Part shown: positions 1-8,577 of the stretch, one piece after another
Numbering within the stretch: position 1 is the first letter of the stretch
How the letters are laid out: every line of letters starts with the position of its first letter
Source: Betaproteobacteria bacterium
GTDB taxonomy: Bacteria > Pseudomonadota > Gammaproteobacteria > Burkholderiales > SG8-41
Length of the DNA: 64,000 nt
Assembly: GCA_032128415.1 (NCBI GenBank)
Contig: JAQBGW010000096.1
Location: 2,592 to 66,591 of the forward strand
Direction of reading: 5' to 3'
Notes under the pieces: generated by a model
What the model saw: the letters and a program-made list of their open reading frames with translations, nothing else
The model's database searches: none
Told to the model about the DNA's origin: nothing
Made by a program: the position numbers and the translations under genes

Positions 1-2
1 AA

Positions 3-545
3 TTCACGGCACCCACGCTGGTCACGCGCAGGATTGATCTGCTCCACGCGTTTTTGCACGAACATGCGGACATCATCCTCAAACCGCTGGACGGCATGGG
101 CGGCACCTCCGTGTTTCGCGTCCGCAACGACGATCCCAATCTCAACGTCATCATCGAAACGCTGACCGGCGACGGGCAGCGCACAATCATGGCGCAGCGT
201 TATATCGCGGACATCAGCAACGGCGACAAACGCGTGCTGGTGATTGGCGGCAAGCCGGTGCCGTACTGCCTTGCGCGCATTCCCAAAGCCGGCGAAACCC
301 GCGGTAATCTGGCCGCCGGCGGCACTGGTGTTGCACGGAAACTCACAACGCGCGATCTGCTGATTGCCGAAACGCTGGGGCCGCAACTGTCGGCAGCCGG
401 CCTGTTGCTGGTCGGTCTGGACGTCATCGGCGATTTCCTGACCGAGGTTAATGTCACCAGCCCTACCTGCTTCCAGGAAATCACCGCGCAAAGCGGCTTT
501 GATGTATCTGCCATGTTTTTGAATACATTGGAAAAATCTGTATAA
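3..545 (+). CDS. gshB: glutathione synthetase, C-terminal part (5' end lies outside the window)
   Basis: The reading frame is open from the window edge (frame 3, no upstream stop). It has ATP-grasp C-terminal motifs [17 protein letters not shown] and [10 protein letters not shown], typical of prokaryotic GshB. Confidence 0.9.
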   Translation, partial: FTAPTLVTRRIDLLHAFLHEHADIILKPLDGMGGTSVFRVRNDDPNLNVIIETLTGDGQRTIMAQRYIADISNGDKRVLVIGGKPVPYCLARIPKAGETRGNLAAGGTGVARKLTTRDLLIAETLGPQLSAAGLLLVGLDVIGDFLTEVNVTSPTCFQEITAQSGFDVSAMFLNTLEKSV

Positions 546-638
546 CATCGGTAGCGGACCACGCCCGCTGGCATTGTTGCAGTGCAAGAACAGGCGGCGT
601 AGAGTATGGCGCTTTCGTGACAGGGATACCGCAAGTCC

Positions 639-1061
639 ATGATCGGCATACTGATTATCAGCCACGGCACACTGGGTGAAAGCCTGATCCATTGCGCCAG
701 CCACATGCTCAACAACCGGCCGTCGCGGTTGCGACAAATCGGCGTCACCGCGCAGGATGATCCGGCGCAGTTGCTGCCGCAGGCGCGCACGCTGATCAAG
801 GAACTCGACGAAGGCAACGGCGTGCTGGTACTCACCGACATGTACGGCGGCTCGCCGTCCAATATCGCCGCCAAACTGGTGATTCCAGGAAAAGTGGAAG
901 CAGTCGCCGGCGTCAATCTACCGATGCTGGTTCGTGCGCTGACTTATCGAGACAAATCATTATCGGTTATGGTGACCAAGGCCATCAGCGGCGGCTGTGA
1001 AGGCGTATTGCGCGTGCCCCCGGTGCTCACCACGGTTCACAATGCTGCAACTGGAAGCTGA
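639..1061 (+). CDS. PTS EIIA component, mannose/fructose (type 4) family, no cognate EIIB/C/D nearby
   Basis: 140 aa. The N-terminus MIGILIISHGTLGESL carries the conserved phosphorylatable His of the EIIA-Man fold. The gene sits directly upstream of HPr and EI. Confidence 0.8.
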   Translation: MIGILIISHGTLGESLIHCASHMLNNRPSRLRQIGVTAQDDPAQLLPQARTLIKELDEGNGVLVLTDMYGGSPSNIAAKLVIPGKVEAVAGVNLPMLVRALTYRDKSLSVMVTKAISGGCEGVLRVPPVLTTVHNAATGS

Positions 1062-1311
1062 GATCATCAACAAGCTCGGGCTCCACGCCCGGGCATCCGC
1101 AAAACTCACTCAGGTCGCCGGCAGCTTTTCCAGCCAGATCTGGGTCAGCCGCAACGGCCGGCGCGTCAACGCCAAGAGCATCATGGGCGTGATGATGCTG
1201 GCTGCAGGCAAAGGATCAAAGATCATCGTCGAAACCGAGGGCACGGACGAAGCACCAGCGATGCAGGCCATACAGGCGCTGATTGCCAGCTGCTTCGGCG
1301 AAGAGGAATGA
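1042..1311 (+). CDS. ptsH: phosphocarrier protein HPr
   Basis: 89 aa from the internal ATG at 1042; the track ORF starting at 997 is over-extended. It has GLHARASAKL around the active-site His15 and a KSIMGVMML motif. It overlaps the EIIA stop by 20 nt. Confidence 0.85.
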   Translation: MLQLEAEIINKLGLHARASAKLTQVAGSFSSQIWVSRNGRRVNAKSIMGVMMLAAGKGSKIIVETEGTDEAPAMQAIQALIASCFGEEE

Positions 1312-1317
1312 AAGCAA

Positions 1318-1403
1318 TGCGGAGTGCAATGTGCAAAATGCAAGATGAACTGCGCACGGCGTGTGGTTTTGATTTTGCACTTTGCACTCTGCACTCCGCA
1401 CTG
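1318..1403. repeat. palindromic heptad-array element, copy 1 of 3
   Basis: The left arm TGCGGAGTGCAATGTGCAAAATGCAAG and right arm TTTTGCACTTTGCACTCTGCACTCCGCAC are imperfect reverse complements. Each arm is a run of GTGCA(A/G)(A/T) heptads. Related copies lie at 25341-25442 and 47287-47400. Confidence 0.8.
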
Positions 1404-1408
1404 TCCTC

Positions 1409-3136
1409 ATGAGCCTTACCATCCACGGCATCGGTGTATCCGGCGGCATCGCCATCGGTCATGCGCATCTGATCTCGCACACGCAACTTGAGGTTTCGCA
1501 TTACGAAGTGCCGGCGCGGCAAGTTTCGGCAGAAATGGCGCGCTTCGATGCGGCGGTGCAAACCGTGCGCAGTGAGCTTGAACATTTGCGCACCGTGGTT
1601 CCTGCAGGTGCGCCCGCAGAACTCGGCGCCTTCATCGATCTGCACCAGATGATCCTCAACGACTCGACGTTGTCCGAAACGCCGCGGTCCATCATCGCTG
1701 CTGAAAACTGCAATGCGGAGTGGGCGCTGAAAATACAGACCGATGAACTGCTCACGCAGTTTGACGCCATTGAGGACGCCTATTTACGCGAACGCCGCAC
1801 CGATGTGATCCAGGTTGCGCAACGCGTCATGAAGGTGCTGCTGGGACAACCAGGCCATGCGCCGCCGCCCGCCGGTCCGGAGGACCAGAATCTGGTGTTG
1901 GTTGCGCATGATTTGTCACCCGCAGACGTGGTGCTGTTCAAGCAGCACCGTTTTGCCAGCTTCATCACCGATCTCGGCGGCGCGACATCGCACACCGCCA
2001 TTGTTGCGCGCAGCCTGAACATCCCCTGCATTGTGGCCCTGCATCACGCGCGGCAACTGGTGAGCGAGAATGAAATCATCATTGTCGACGGCACTCAGGG
2101 CGTAGTCATCATTGATCCCGACCCGCAGGTGCTCGCCGAGTACCAGTTGCGACAGCGCGCGTTCGGCCTTGAGCGCCAAAAACTCAAGCGACTGCGCGAC
2201 ACACAGGCGCAGACGCTGGACGGGATTGACATCGAACTCCATGCCAACATCGAATTACCGGGCGACGTTGCGCTGGCAGTGGATAGTGGCGCCACCGGCA
2301 TCGGCCTGTTCCGCACTGAGTTCCTGTTTCTCAATCGTCAGGACTTGCCGGACGAGGACGAGCAGTTTGAAGCCTACCGCAAGGTCATGGAGGAAATGGG
2401 CGGTCGGCCCGTGACTATCCGCACTTACGATCTGGGCGCTGATAAACAGACCGACGACACCGTGCGCCTCGCACCGAACCCTGCACTGGGCCTGCGTGCG
2501 ATCCGTCTGTGCCTGACGGAGCCCAAGCGTTTCGTCACGCAGTTGCGTGCCATGTTGCGTGCATCTCACTACGGCAAAATGAAAATTCTGATTCCGATGT
2601 TGATGAACGCTACAGAAATCGACCAGGCCTTGCTGTTAGTCGAGCACGCCAAACGCAGTCTCGACGACGACGGAATTCCCTATGACCGGCAGGTGCCCGT
2701 CGGCGGCATGGTCGAAATTCCCGCCGCAGCCCTGGCCCTGGGACTGCTGACCAAGCGCCTCGATTTTCTGTCGGTAGGCACCAATGACTTGATCCAGTAC
2801 CTGCTGGCGGTGGATCGCACCGACGATACCGTAGCGCATCTCTACGACCCACTTCATCCAGCAGTACTGACCTTGCTGGCGCACATATTTACTACAGCCG
2901 GCAAGGCACGTATCCCCGTCGCCGTTTGCGGCGAAATGGCGGGCGACGTTAAGCTGACCCGCCTGCTGCTGGCACTCGGGTTGCGCCAGTTTTCGATGCA
3001 TTCCACCCACCTGCTCGACGTCAAGCAGCGCGTGCTCCAGACCAGCCTCGCCGAGTCACAGCTCATCGGCAGGAAAATGTTGCGGGCGACCGACCCCGGC
3101 AAGCTCCGCACCATGCTCGATCGTCTGAATGCTTGA
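1409..3136 (+). CDS. ptsI: phosphoenolpyruvate-protein phosphotransferase (PTS enzyme I)
   Basis: 575 aa from the ATG at 1409 (MSLTIHGIGVSGGIAIG). It has the phospho-His region GGATSHTAIVARSL and the PEP-utilizer C-terminal domain (GTNDLIQY, CGEMAG). The track start at 1382 is a TTG inside the repeat element. Confidence 0.93.
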   Translation: MSLTIHGIGVSGGIAIGHAHLISHTQLEVSHYEVPARQVSAEMARFDAAVQTVRSELEHLRTVVPAGAPAELGAFIDLHQMILNDSTLSETPRSIIAAENCNAEWALKIQTDELLTQFDAIEDAYLRERRTDVIQVAQRVMKVLLGQPGHAPPPAGPEDQNLVLVAHDLSPADVVLFKQHRFASFITDLGGATSHTAIVARSLNIPCIVALHHARQLVSENEIIIVDGTQGVVIIDPDPQVLAEYQLRQRAFGLERQKLKRLRDTQAQTLDGIDIELHANIELPGDVALAVDSGATGIGLFRTEFLFLNRQDLPDEDEQFEAYRKVMEEMGGRPVTIRTYDLGADKQTDDTVRLAPNPALGLRAIRLCLTEPKRFVTQLRAMLRASHYGKMKILIPMLMNATEIDQALLLVEHAKRSLDDDGIPYDRQVPVGGMVEIPAAALALGLLTKRLDFLSVGTNDLIQYLLAVDRTDDTVAHLYDPLHPAVLTLLAHIFTTAGKARIPVAVCGEMAGDVKLTRLLLALGLRQFSMHSTHLLDVKQRVLQTSLAESQLIGRKMLRATDPGKLRTMLDRLNA

Positions 3137-3208
3137 ACGTGCCTGAATGTTTGAACGTACTTAAACGCCTGACCGCCTGTCACGTGCCTGGGGTCGTTTA
3201 CTGCACAT

Positions 3209-3237
3209 TTGACAATTCCCGGCCCGCCGGGTAACGT
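3209..3237 (+). promoter_or_regulatory. candidate sigma70 promoter for metX-metW
   Basis: It has TTGACA (3209-3214), a 17-nt spacer and TAACGT (3232-3237). It is the only good -35 hexamer in the 228-nt ptsI-metX spacer. Confidence 0.4.
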
Positions 3238-3252
3238 AAGCCACTGTTTCTT

Positions 3253-3300
3253 CGCGCCGATTTGAGATCAGCTTGCGGGCGCGTAATAAATCCGGCTAAA
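3253..3300 (+). promoter_or_regulatory. structured metX leader: hairpin plus tail able to form a pseudoknot (candidate SAM-responsive element, class unconfirmed)
   Basis: CGCGCC (3253-3258) pairs perfectly with GGCGCG (3278-3283). The loop contains GAUUU and AGCUUG. The 3' tail AAAUCCGGCU can pair with the loop GAUUU or, alternatively, with the terminator 5' arm. Confidence 0.3.
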
Positions 3301-3319
3301 GAGATGTATGAATTCTCGT

Positions 3320-3351
3320 AACCCCGGAGCGCAGGCTTTCGGGGTTTTTTT
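3320..3351 (+). terminator. intrinsic terminator/attenuator abutting the metX start
   Basis: AACCCCGGAGC-GCAG-GCUUUCGGGGUU forms about 11 bp with one bulge and a GCAG loop. A run of 7 T follows, and an ATG comes immediately after it. Confidence 0.7.
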
Positions 3352-3364
3352 ATGGCTATTACTT

Positions 3365-4522
3365 ATGGCTATTACTGATACCACACCGCAAGCGCGATCC
3401 GTCGGCGCCATTACGCCACAGACCGCGCGCTTCAACGCTCCGTTGCCGCTGCGCAGCGGTGCGGTTCTGCGCGACTACGAACTGGTGTTTGAAACCTACG
3501 GCACGCTTAACGCCGAACGCTCCAACGCTGTGCTGGTCTGCCACGCGCTCAACGCCTCGCATCATGTCGCCGGCACCCATGCCGGTGACCCCGACAACGT
3601 GGGTTGGTGGGACAACATGATAGGCCCCGGCAAACCACTGGACACGAATCGTTACTTCGTCATCGGTGTGAACAATATCGGCGGATGCCACGGCTCTACC
3701 GGGCCACTCAGCGTTAATCCTGATACCGGCAAAATCTGGGGCGGCGACTTTCCAGTGGTCACCGTCGAAGACTGGGTGGATGCGCAGGCGCGACTGGCCG
3801 ATCACCTCGGCATCACCCAGTTTGCCGCCGTCATGGGCGGCAGCCTCGGCGCCATGCAGGCCTTGTGCTGGGCCATCCGTTATCCGCAACGACTGCGCCA
3901 CAGCATCGTTATTGCCTGCGCTCCGAATTTGTCGGCGCAAAACATCGCCTTCAACGAGGTCGCGCGGCAGGCCATAGCCGCCGATCCGGACTTTCACGGC
4001 GGCAACTATCTCGAACAAGGTACTGCACCCAAGCGCGGGCTGCGGGTGGCGCGCATGATCGGCCACATTACCTATTTGTCTGACGACGAGATGGCGAGCA
4101 AATTTGGACGCCAGTTGAAAAACGGCAAACTCAATTACACCTTCGACAGCGAGTTCCAGATCGAATCGTATCTGCGCCATCAGGGCAACAAGTTTGCAGA
4201 TTACTTCGACGCCAACACTTACCTGCGTATCACCAAGGCGCTCGACTACTTCGATCCGGCATTCGAGAACGGCGGCAATTTGACGCTGGCGCTGGCGCCG
4301 GTGCGGGCCGGCGTGCTGGTCGTCTCGTTCACCACTGACTGGCGCTTCTCGTCCGAGCGTTCGCGCGAAATCGTGCATGCGCTGCTCGACAATCGGGCGC
4401 GCGTTTCCTATGCGGAAATTGATGCGCCGCACGGACATGACGCGTTCCTGCTCGAAGATGCGCGCTACCACCGATTGGTTGCCGCGTATTTCGACCGCAT
4501 TCATGCGGAGGTGGCGCCGTGA
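3365..4522 (+). CDS. metX: homoserine O-acyltransferase MetX (acetyl- or succinyl-transferase cannot be told by eye)
   Basis: 385 aa from the ATG at 3365 ([19 protein letters not shown]...). It is an alpha/beta hydrolase with the nucleophile elbow [10 protein letters not shown]. metW follows. The track start at 3308 would put the terminator inside the CDS. Confidence 0.9.
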   Translation: MAITDTTPQARSVGAITPQTARFNAPLPLRSGAVLRDYELVFETYGTLNAERSNAVLVCHALNASHHVAGTHAGDPDNVGWWDNMIGPGKPLDTNRYFVIGVNNIGGCHGSTGPLSVNPDTGKIWGGDFPVVTVEDWVDAQARLADHLGITQFAAVMGGSLGAMQALCWAIRYPQRLRHSIVIACAPNLSAQNIAFNEVARQAIAADPDFHGGNYLEQGTAPKRGLRVARMIGHITYLSDDEMASKFGRQLKNGKLNYTFDSEFQIESYLRHQGNKFADYFDANTYLRITKALDYFDPAFENGGNLTLALAPVRAGVLVVSFTTDWRFSSERSREIVHALLDNRARVSYAEIDAPHGHDAFLLEDARYHRLVAAYFDRIHAEVAP

Positions 4523-5115
4523 CCATCCGCAATGATGCACAACGTCCTGATTTCGCCGCCATCGCGCAGTGGGTGCAACCGGGTGCACATGTGCTTGATC
4601 TGGGCTGCGGTGATGGCACGCTGCTGAAATATCTGCGGCAGGCGCGCAAAGTTACCGGCTATGGCGTTGAGATCGACGATCGTAATGTACTGGCCTGCGT
4701 AAACAACGGGATTGATGTCATCCAGAGTGACCTGGAGCGCGGTCTCTCGGAATTCGCCGACGGCTCATTCGATTATGTGATTCTGTCGCAGACCCTGCAG
4801 GCCATGCGCAACACCGAGCGCATCGTTCGCGAAATGCTCCGCGTCGGGCGCGCGGGTATCGTCACTTTCCCGAACTTCGGTTACTGGAAAAACCGCTTTC
4901 AGGTATTGCGCGGACAAATGCCGGTATCAGACTCGCTGCCCTTCGAGTGGTTCGACACGCCGAACGTACATCTGTGCACCGTCGCCGACTTTGAGCAATT
5001 CTGCGCGCAGCGCGGCATCCGCATCGTCGAGCGCACCGTCCTCACTGCCGGCCGTCCGGTGCTGGCATGGCCGAACCTGCTGGGCGAACTCGCCGTCTAT
5101 CACTTCGGCGTCTGA
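4519..5115 (+). CDS. metW: methionine biosynthesis protein MetW
   Basis: 198 aa with the SAM-MTase-like motif [12 protein letters not shown]. Its GTG start overlaps the metX stop (GTGA). metX-metW is the canonical pair. Confidence 0.9.
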   Translation: MTIRNDAQRPDFAAIAQWVQPGAHVLDLGCGDGTLLKYLRQARKVTGYGVEIDDRNVLACVNNGIDVIQSDLERGLSEFADGSFDYVILSQTLQAMRNTERIVREMLRVGRAGIVTFPNFGYWKNRFQVLRGQMPVSDSLPFEWFDTPNVHLCTVADFEQFCAQRGIRIVERTVLTAGRPVLAWPNLLGELAVYHFGV

Positions 5116-6368
5116 TTCACTGCGACTGACTGCGCAGCAGGCATGTCTGCGAGTCGCGTCACCCAACGCAACACCACCAGACCAGGAATGGCGATCAGCG
5201 CGCACAGCAGGAAAAACCCCGGCCAACCAAGCCAGACCGCGAACAAACCGGTTGGTGCTGCCAGCAACACACGCGGCACACCCATCAGGCTGGACAGCAA
5301 GGCGTATTGTGTCGCGGTAAACCGGCGATCGGTGAGCGCACCCATAAAACCGACGAAGGCAGCAGTACCAAGCCCTGCGGTGAAATTTTCCACGGCAACC
5401 ACCGCCGCGAGCGCGGCGAGGTCCGGTGGATACCAGGCCAGTATGACGAAGCCCAGCGTCGAGACCATCTGGCCAAAACCGAACCACCACAGCGCGCGAT
5501 AAGTGCCGACGCGCAATATCCAGATTCCGCCGAGCGTGCCGCCGGCGATCGTCGCCCAGAATCCGAACAGCTTCACCACCGTGCCGATTTCGGTTTTGGT
5601 ATAGCCGAGGTCCAGATAAAACGGAATGCTCATCGCCGAGGCCATGGTGTCGCCCAGCTTGTAGAACAGGATGAACGCCAGCGCGAGCCAGGCACCTTCG
5701 CGAGCGAAGTAATCACGAAATGGCAGCAGCACGGCTTCTTCCAGCGTGCGTGGTCGGCCCTCCGGCAGCGGCGGCTCCGGCGCGAGCAGCGTGACTGCGA
5801 TACACAGGATCATGCACGCCGCCATGATGCGGTACATGGACTCAAACGACAGCAGGTCGGCAAGGATCAGTCCGCCGCCACCCGCGAGCAGCATGCCCAC
5901 CCGGTAGCCGTTGACGTAGAGCGCCGAGCCGAAGCCCAGTTCGGCATCGCCCAGACTCTCGCGCCGGTAGGCATCGATGATGGTGTCCTGCGAGGCCGAG
6001 AAAAACGCCACCAGCATGCCCGCCAGCATGACCAGCCACAGATGATCCGGGGACGGGTGTGCAAAGCTCAACAGAAACAACGCACCCGCCAAAGCGATCT
6101 GCACCAATGCCAGCCAGCCGCGGCGACGCCCCAGAAACGCAGGTATGTAACGATCGAACAACGGCGACCAGAGGAACTTCAGCGTATAGGGCAGGCCGAT
6201 CAATGCGAACAGACCGATGCGGGCCAGATCAATCCCGCCGTCCTTCAGCCACGCCTGCAGCACCGAGCCGGTCAGCAACAGCGGCAGGCCGGATGAAAAT
6301 CCCATCAACAACGCCACCAGCATGCGCCCGCTGAATATCGCTGCCAGCGTGTCGCGCCAATCCGTCAA
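5100..6368 (-). CDS. ampG: AmpG-family muropeptide/MFS permease
   Basis: 422 aa and multi-pass hydrophobic. The N-terminus LLMGFSSGLPLLLTGSVLQAWL...LPYTLKFLWSPLFDRY is typical of AmpG. Its TTG start overlaps the xth stop; an alternative ATG lies at 6323. Confidence 0.85.
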   Translation of the reverse strand: MTDWRDTLAAIFSGRMLVALLMGFSSGLPLLLTGSVLQAWLKDGGIDLARIGLFALIGLPYTLKFLWSPLFDRYIPAFLGRRRGWLALVQIALAGALFLLSFAHPSPDHLWLVMLAGMLVAFFSASQDTIIDAYRRESLGDAELGFGSALYVNGYRVGMLLAGGGGLILADLLSFESMYRIMAACMILCIAVTLLAPEPPLPEGRPRTLEEAVLLPFRDYFAREGAWLALAFILFYKLGDTMASAMSIPFYLDLGYTKTEIGTVVKLFGFWATIAGGTLGGIWILRVGTYRALWWFGFGQMVSTLGFVILAWYPPDLAALAAVVAVENFTAGLGTAAFVGFMGALTDRRFTATQYALLSSLMGVPRVLLAAPTGLFAVWLGWPGFFLLCALIAIPGLVVLRWVTRLADMPAAQSVAVNQTPK

Positions 6369-7141
6369 GCGGGCATCCCGGCGTAATCGATGATCAGCGG
6401 TGCATGGTCGGAAAAACGTGCGTCTTTGTAAATGGCAGCCTTCTTCGCGGTAGCCGCCACGCCTGGCGTCGCAATCTGGTAATCAATCCTCCAACCGACA
6501 TTCTTCGCCCAGGCTTGGCCCCGATTTGACCACCACGTGTACTGTTCGGGACGTGGATCAATGCTGCGGAACACATCAACCCACCCCAATTCGTCGAACA
6601 CCCGCGTCAGCCATTCCCGCTCTTCCGGCAGGAAACCGGAGTTCTTGCGGTTGCCGCGCCAGTTTTCCAGATCAATCTCCTGATGTGCAATGTTCCAGTC
6701 TCCGCACAACACCACTTCGCGGCCGCCGGCTATCAGGCGCTTCAGGTGGGGATAGAATTTTTCCATAAAATGAATCTTGGCCTGCTGGCGATGCTCACCG
6801 CTGGAACCCGAAGGCAAGTAAACCGAAATCACCGATAATTTGCCGAAATCCGCGCGCAGATAACGCCCCTCGGCGTCGATTTCTGCAACGCCCAGGCCGG
6901 CGGCGACCCGATCGGGCGCAACTTTCGAGTAAATGCCCACGCCGCTATAGCCCTTCTTTTCGGCGTAATGAAAATGGCCGCAGTATCCGCCGGGAGCCAG
7001 CAATTCGTCAGTCATGTCCGCGGCCTGCGCCTTGATTTCCTGGACGCAAATCACGTCGGCATGCTGGCGCGGCAACCAGTCCAGGAACCCCTTGCGTGCA
7101 GCAGAGCGGATGCCGTTGAGATTCAGGGTTATAATTTTCAT
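6365..7141 (-). CDS. xthA: exodeoxyribonuclease III (AP endonuclease)
   Basis: 258 aa with MKIITLNLNGIRSA, VCVQEIK, LCGDWNIAH and a C-terminal SDHAPL motif of the ExoIII/APE1 family. Confidence 0.93.
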   Translation of the reverse strand: MKIITLNLNGIRSAARKGFLDWLPRQHADVICVQEIKAQAADMTDELLAPGGYCGHFHYAEKKGYSGVGIYSKVAPDRVAAGLGVAEIDAEGRYLRADFGKLSVISVYLPSGSSGEHRQQAKIHFMEKFYPHLKRLIAGGREVVLCGDWNIAHQEIDLENWRGNRKNSGFLPEEREWLTRVFDELGWVDVFRSIDPRPEQYTWWSNRGQAWAKNVGWRIDYQIATPGVAATAKKAAIYKDARFSDHAPLIIDYAGMPA

Positions 7142-7235
7142 TGTTTTCAGTCCGGCCGCATTTTAGTCGGCGGTCTCGTGCAAACGCCTGCAGCGCCGAT
7201 TCCCCTACCGCGGGCACACCGGTTGATACTCAGAC

Positions 7236-7886
7236 ATGGCAGCCAGTTTTCGACAGGATTTCATCCGTTTCGCCATCGACACCAAGGTGTTGCTGTTCGG
7301 CGAATTTAAAACCAAAGCCGGGCGCCTGTCTCCGTATTTCTTCAATGCCGGGCTGTTCTGCGACGGTAAGTCGCTGCGACAGTTGGCGCAATTTTACGCG
7401 AAAGCGATTTCCGCGGCGGAAGTGCCGTTCGGCATGCTGTTTGGCCCCGCCTACAAGGGCATACCGCTGGTTGCTGCAGTTGCCATCGCGCTGGCCGAGG
7501 CCGGCCGCAATGTGGCGTTCAGCTACAATCGCAAGGAAGCCAAGGATCACGGCGAAGGCGGCAGCGTGGTCGGTGCACCGCTGGCGGGCCAGGTACTCAT
7601 CATCGATGATGTCATTTCAGCAGGCACCTCCGTGCGCGAATCGGTTAACCTGATCCGCGCCGCAAACGCTACACCTGCCGGGGTGTTGATTGCCCTGGAC
7701 CGCATGGAGCGCGGATCCACGGAACTGTCGGCTACCCAGGAAGTCAGACAGCTCTATAGGGTGCCGGTTGTCAGTATTGCCACACTCGACGACTTAATCG
7801 AATTTCTGGACAATGAAAAAGACATGGCGTCACAGCTGACCGCTGTCGCCGCCTATCGCAAACTATACGGGGTGACTCATGCTTGA
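7236..7886 (+). CDS. pyrE: orotate phosphoribosyltransferase
   Basis: 216 aa with [17 protein letters not shown] and the PRPP-binding loop [13 protein letters not shown]. Confidence 0.95.
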   Translation: MAASFRQDFIRFAIDTKVLLFGEFKTKAGRLSPYFFNAGLFCDGKSLRQLAQFYAKAISAAEVPFGMLFGPAYKGIPLVAAVAIALAEAGRNVAFSYNRKEAKDHGEGGSVVGAPLAGQVLIIDDVISAGTSVRESVNLIRAANATPAGVLIALDRMERGSTELSATQEVRQLYRVPVVSIATLDDLIEFLDNEKDMASQLTAVAAYRKLYGVTHA

Positions 7887-8550
7887 AAAACAACAGTGGT
7901 GTGTTCGAACCATACTTACCGGCATCGCAGCGCTGACTCTGCTGGCCATAAGCGCGACCACGGTTAATGCGAAAATCATCTGTTGGAAGGACGCAGCCGG
8001 CAAAGTCATCGGCTGTGGTGATCGCGTGCCGCCGGAATTCCGGCAAAACGAGTCCAAGACGCTCGATAATCGCGGCATAACAAGAGAAACCAGCGTATCC
8101 ACAGAGGAGGCCGCGCGGCTGAAGGAGGAAGCAGACAAGAAAGCGGCGCTCAAGGCAGACGACGATCGCAAACTTGCTATACAGAAGCGGCAGGATACCG
8201 TGCTGATTAATACCTACACGTCAGCAAAGGAAATCGATCAGCGCGGCGCACGTGAACTCCAGGTCGTCGATGCCCAGCTCATCCAGATGAAGAACTCGCT
8301 GAAAGGCGCAACTGGAGTGCATGCCGGAGTACAAAAACGCCATGACGCCGCAGCCAAGTCCGGCAAACCGGTGCCCGATGCGTTGAACGACGAGCTGCAG
8401 CGGACCGCCGCCGCCCAAAGCCGTGCTGAAGGGCGCGTCGCAGACATGGAAAAAGAAAAAGCAACGATCGTTGCGCGCTACGCCGAACAGAAGGCGCGCT
8501 TCATTGAACTGAAGGGCGGCGTACCGGCAGCAGCCTCGGCGAAGAAGTAA
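7879..8550 (+). CDS. secreted DUF4124-type protein with charged coiled-coil tail
   Basis: 223 aa. It has a signal peptide, then [22 protein letters not shown] (the DUF4124 pattern), then a Lys/Glu/Ala-rich helical region. It overlaps the pyrE stop by 8 nt. Confidence 0.6.
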   Translation: MLEKQQWCVRTILTGIAALTLLAISATTVNAKIICWKDAAGKVIGCGDRVPPEFRQNESKTLDNRGITRETSVSTEEAARLKEEADKKAALKADDDRKLAIQKRQDTVLINTYTSAKEIDQRGARELQVVDAQLIQMKNSLKGATGVHAGVQKRHDAAAKSGKPVPDALNDELQRTAAAQSRAEGRVADMEKEKATIVARYAEQKARFIELKGGVPAAASAKK

Positions 8551-8577
8551 TTATTTCAATTAAAACAAATGGTTATG

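Noticed and set aside
3359-4588. A 409-aa ORF antisense to metX.
   Set aside because: It lies entirely opposite a confidently identified gene. It is rich in Arg, Ala and Val, as expected for the reverse frame of high-GC coding DNA, and has no recognisable motif. It is a shadow ORF.
7903-7910. GTTCGAAC, a T-loop-like string that suggested a tRNA.
   Set aside because: It lies inside the DUF4124-type CDS, and no acceptor or anticodon stems can be drawn around it. I found no tRNA genes in the window.
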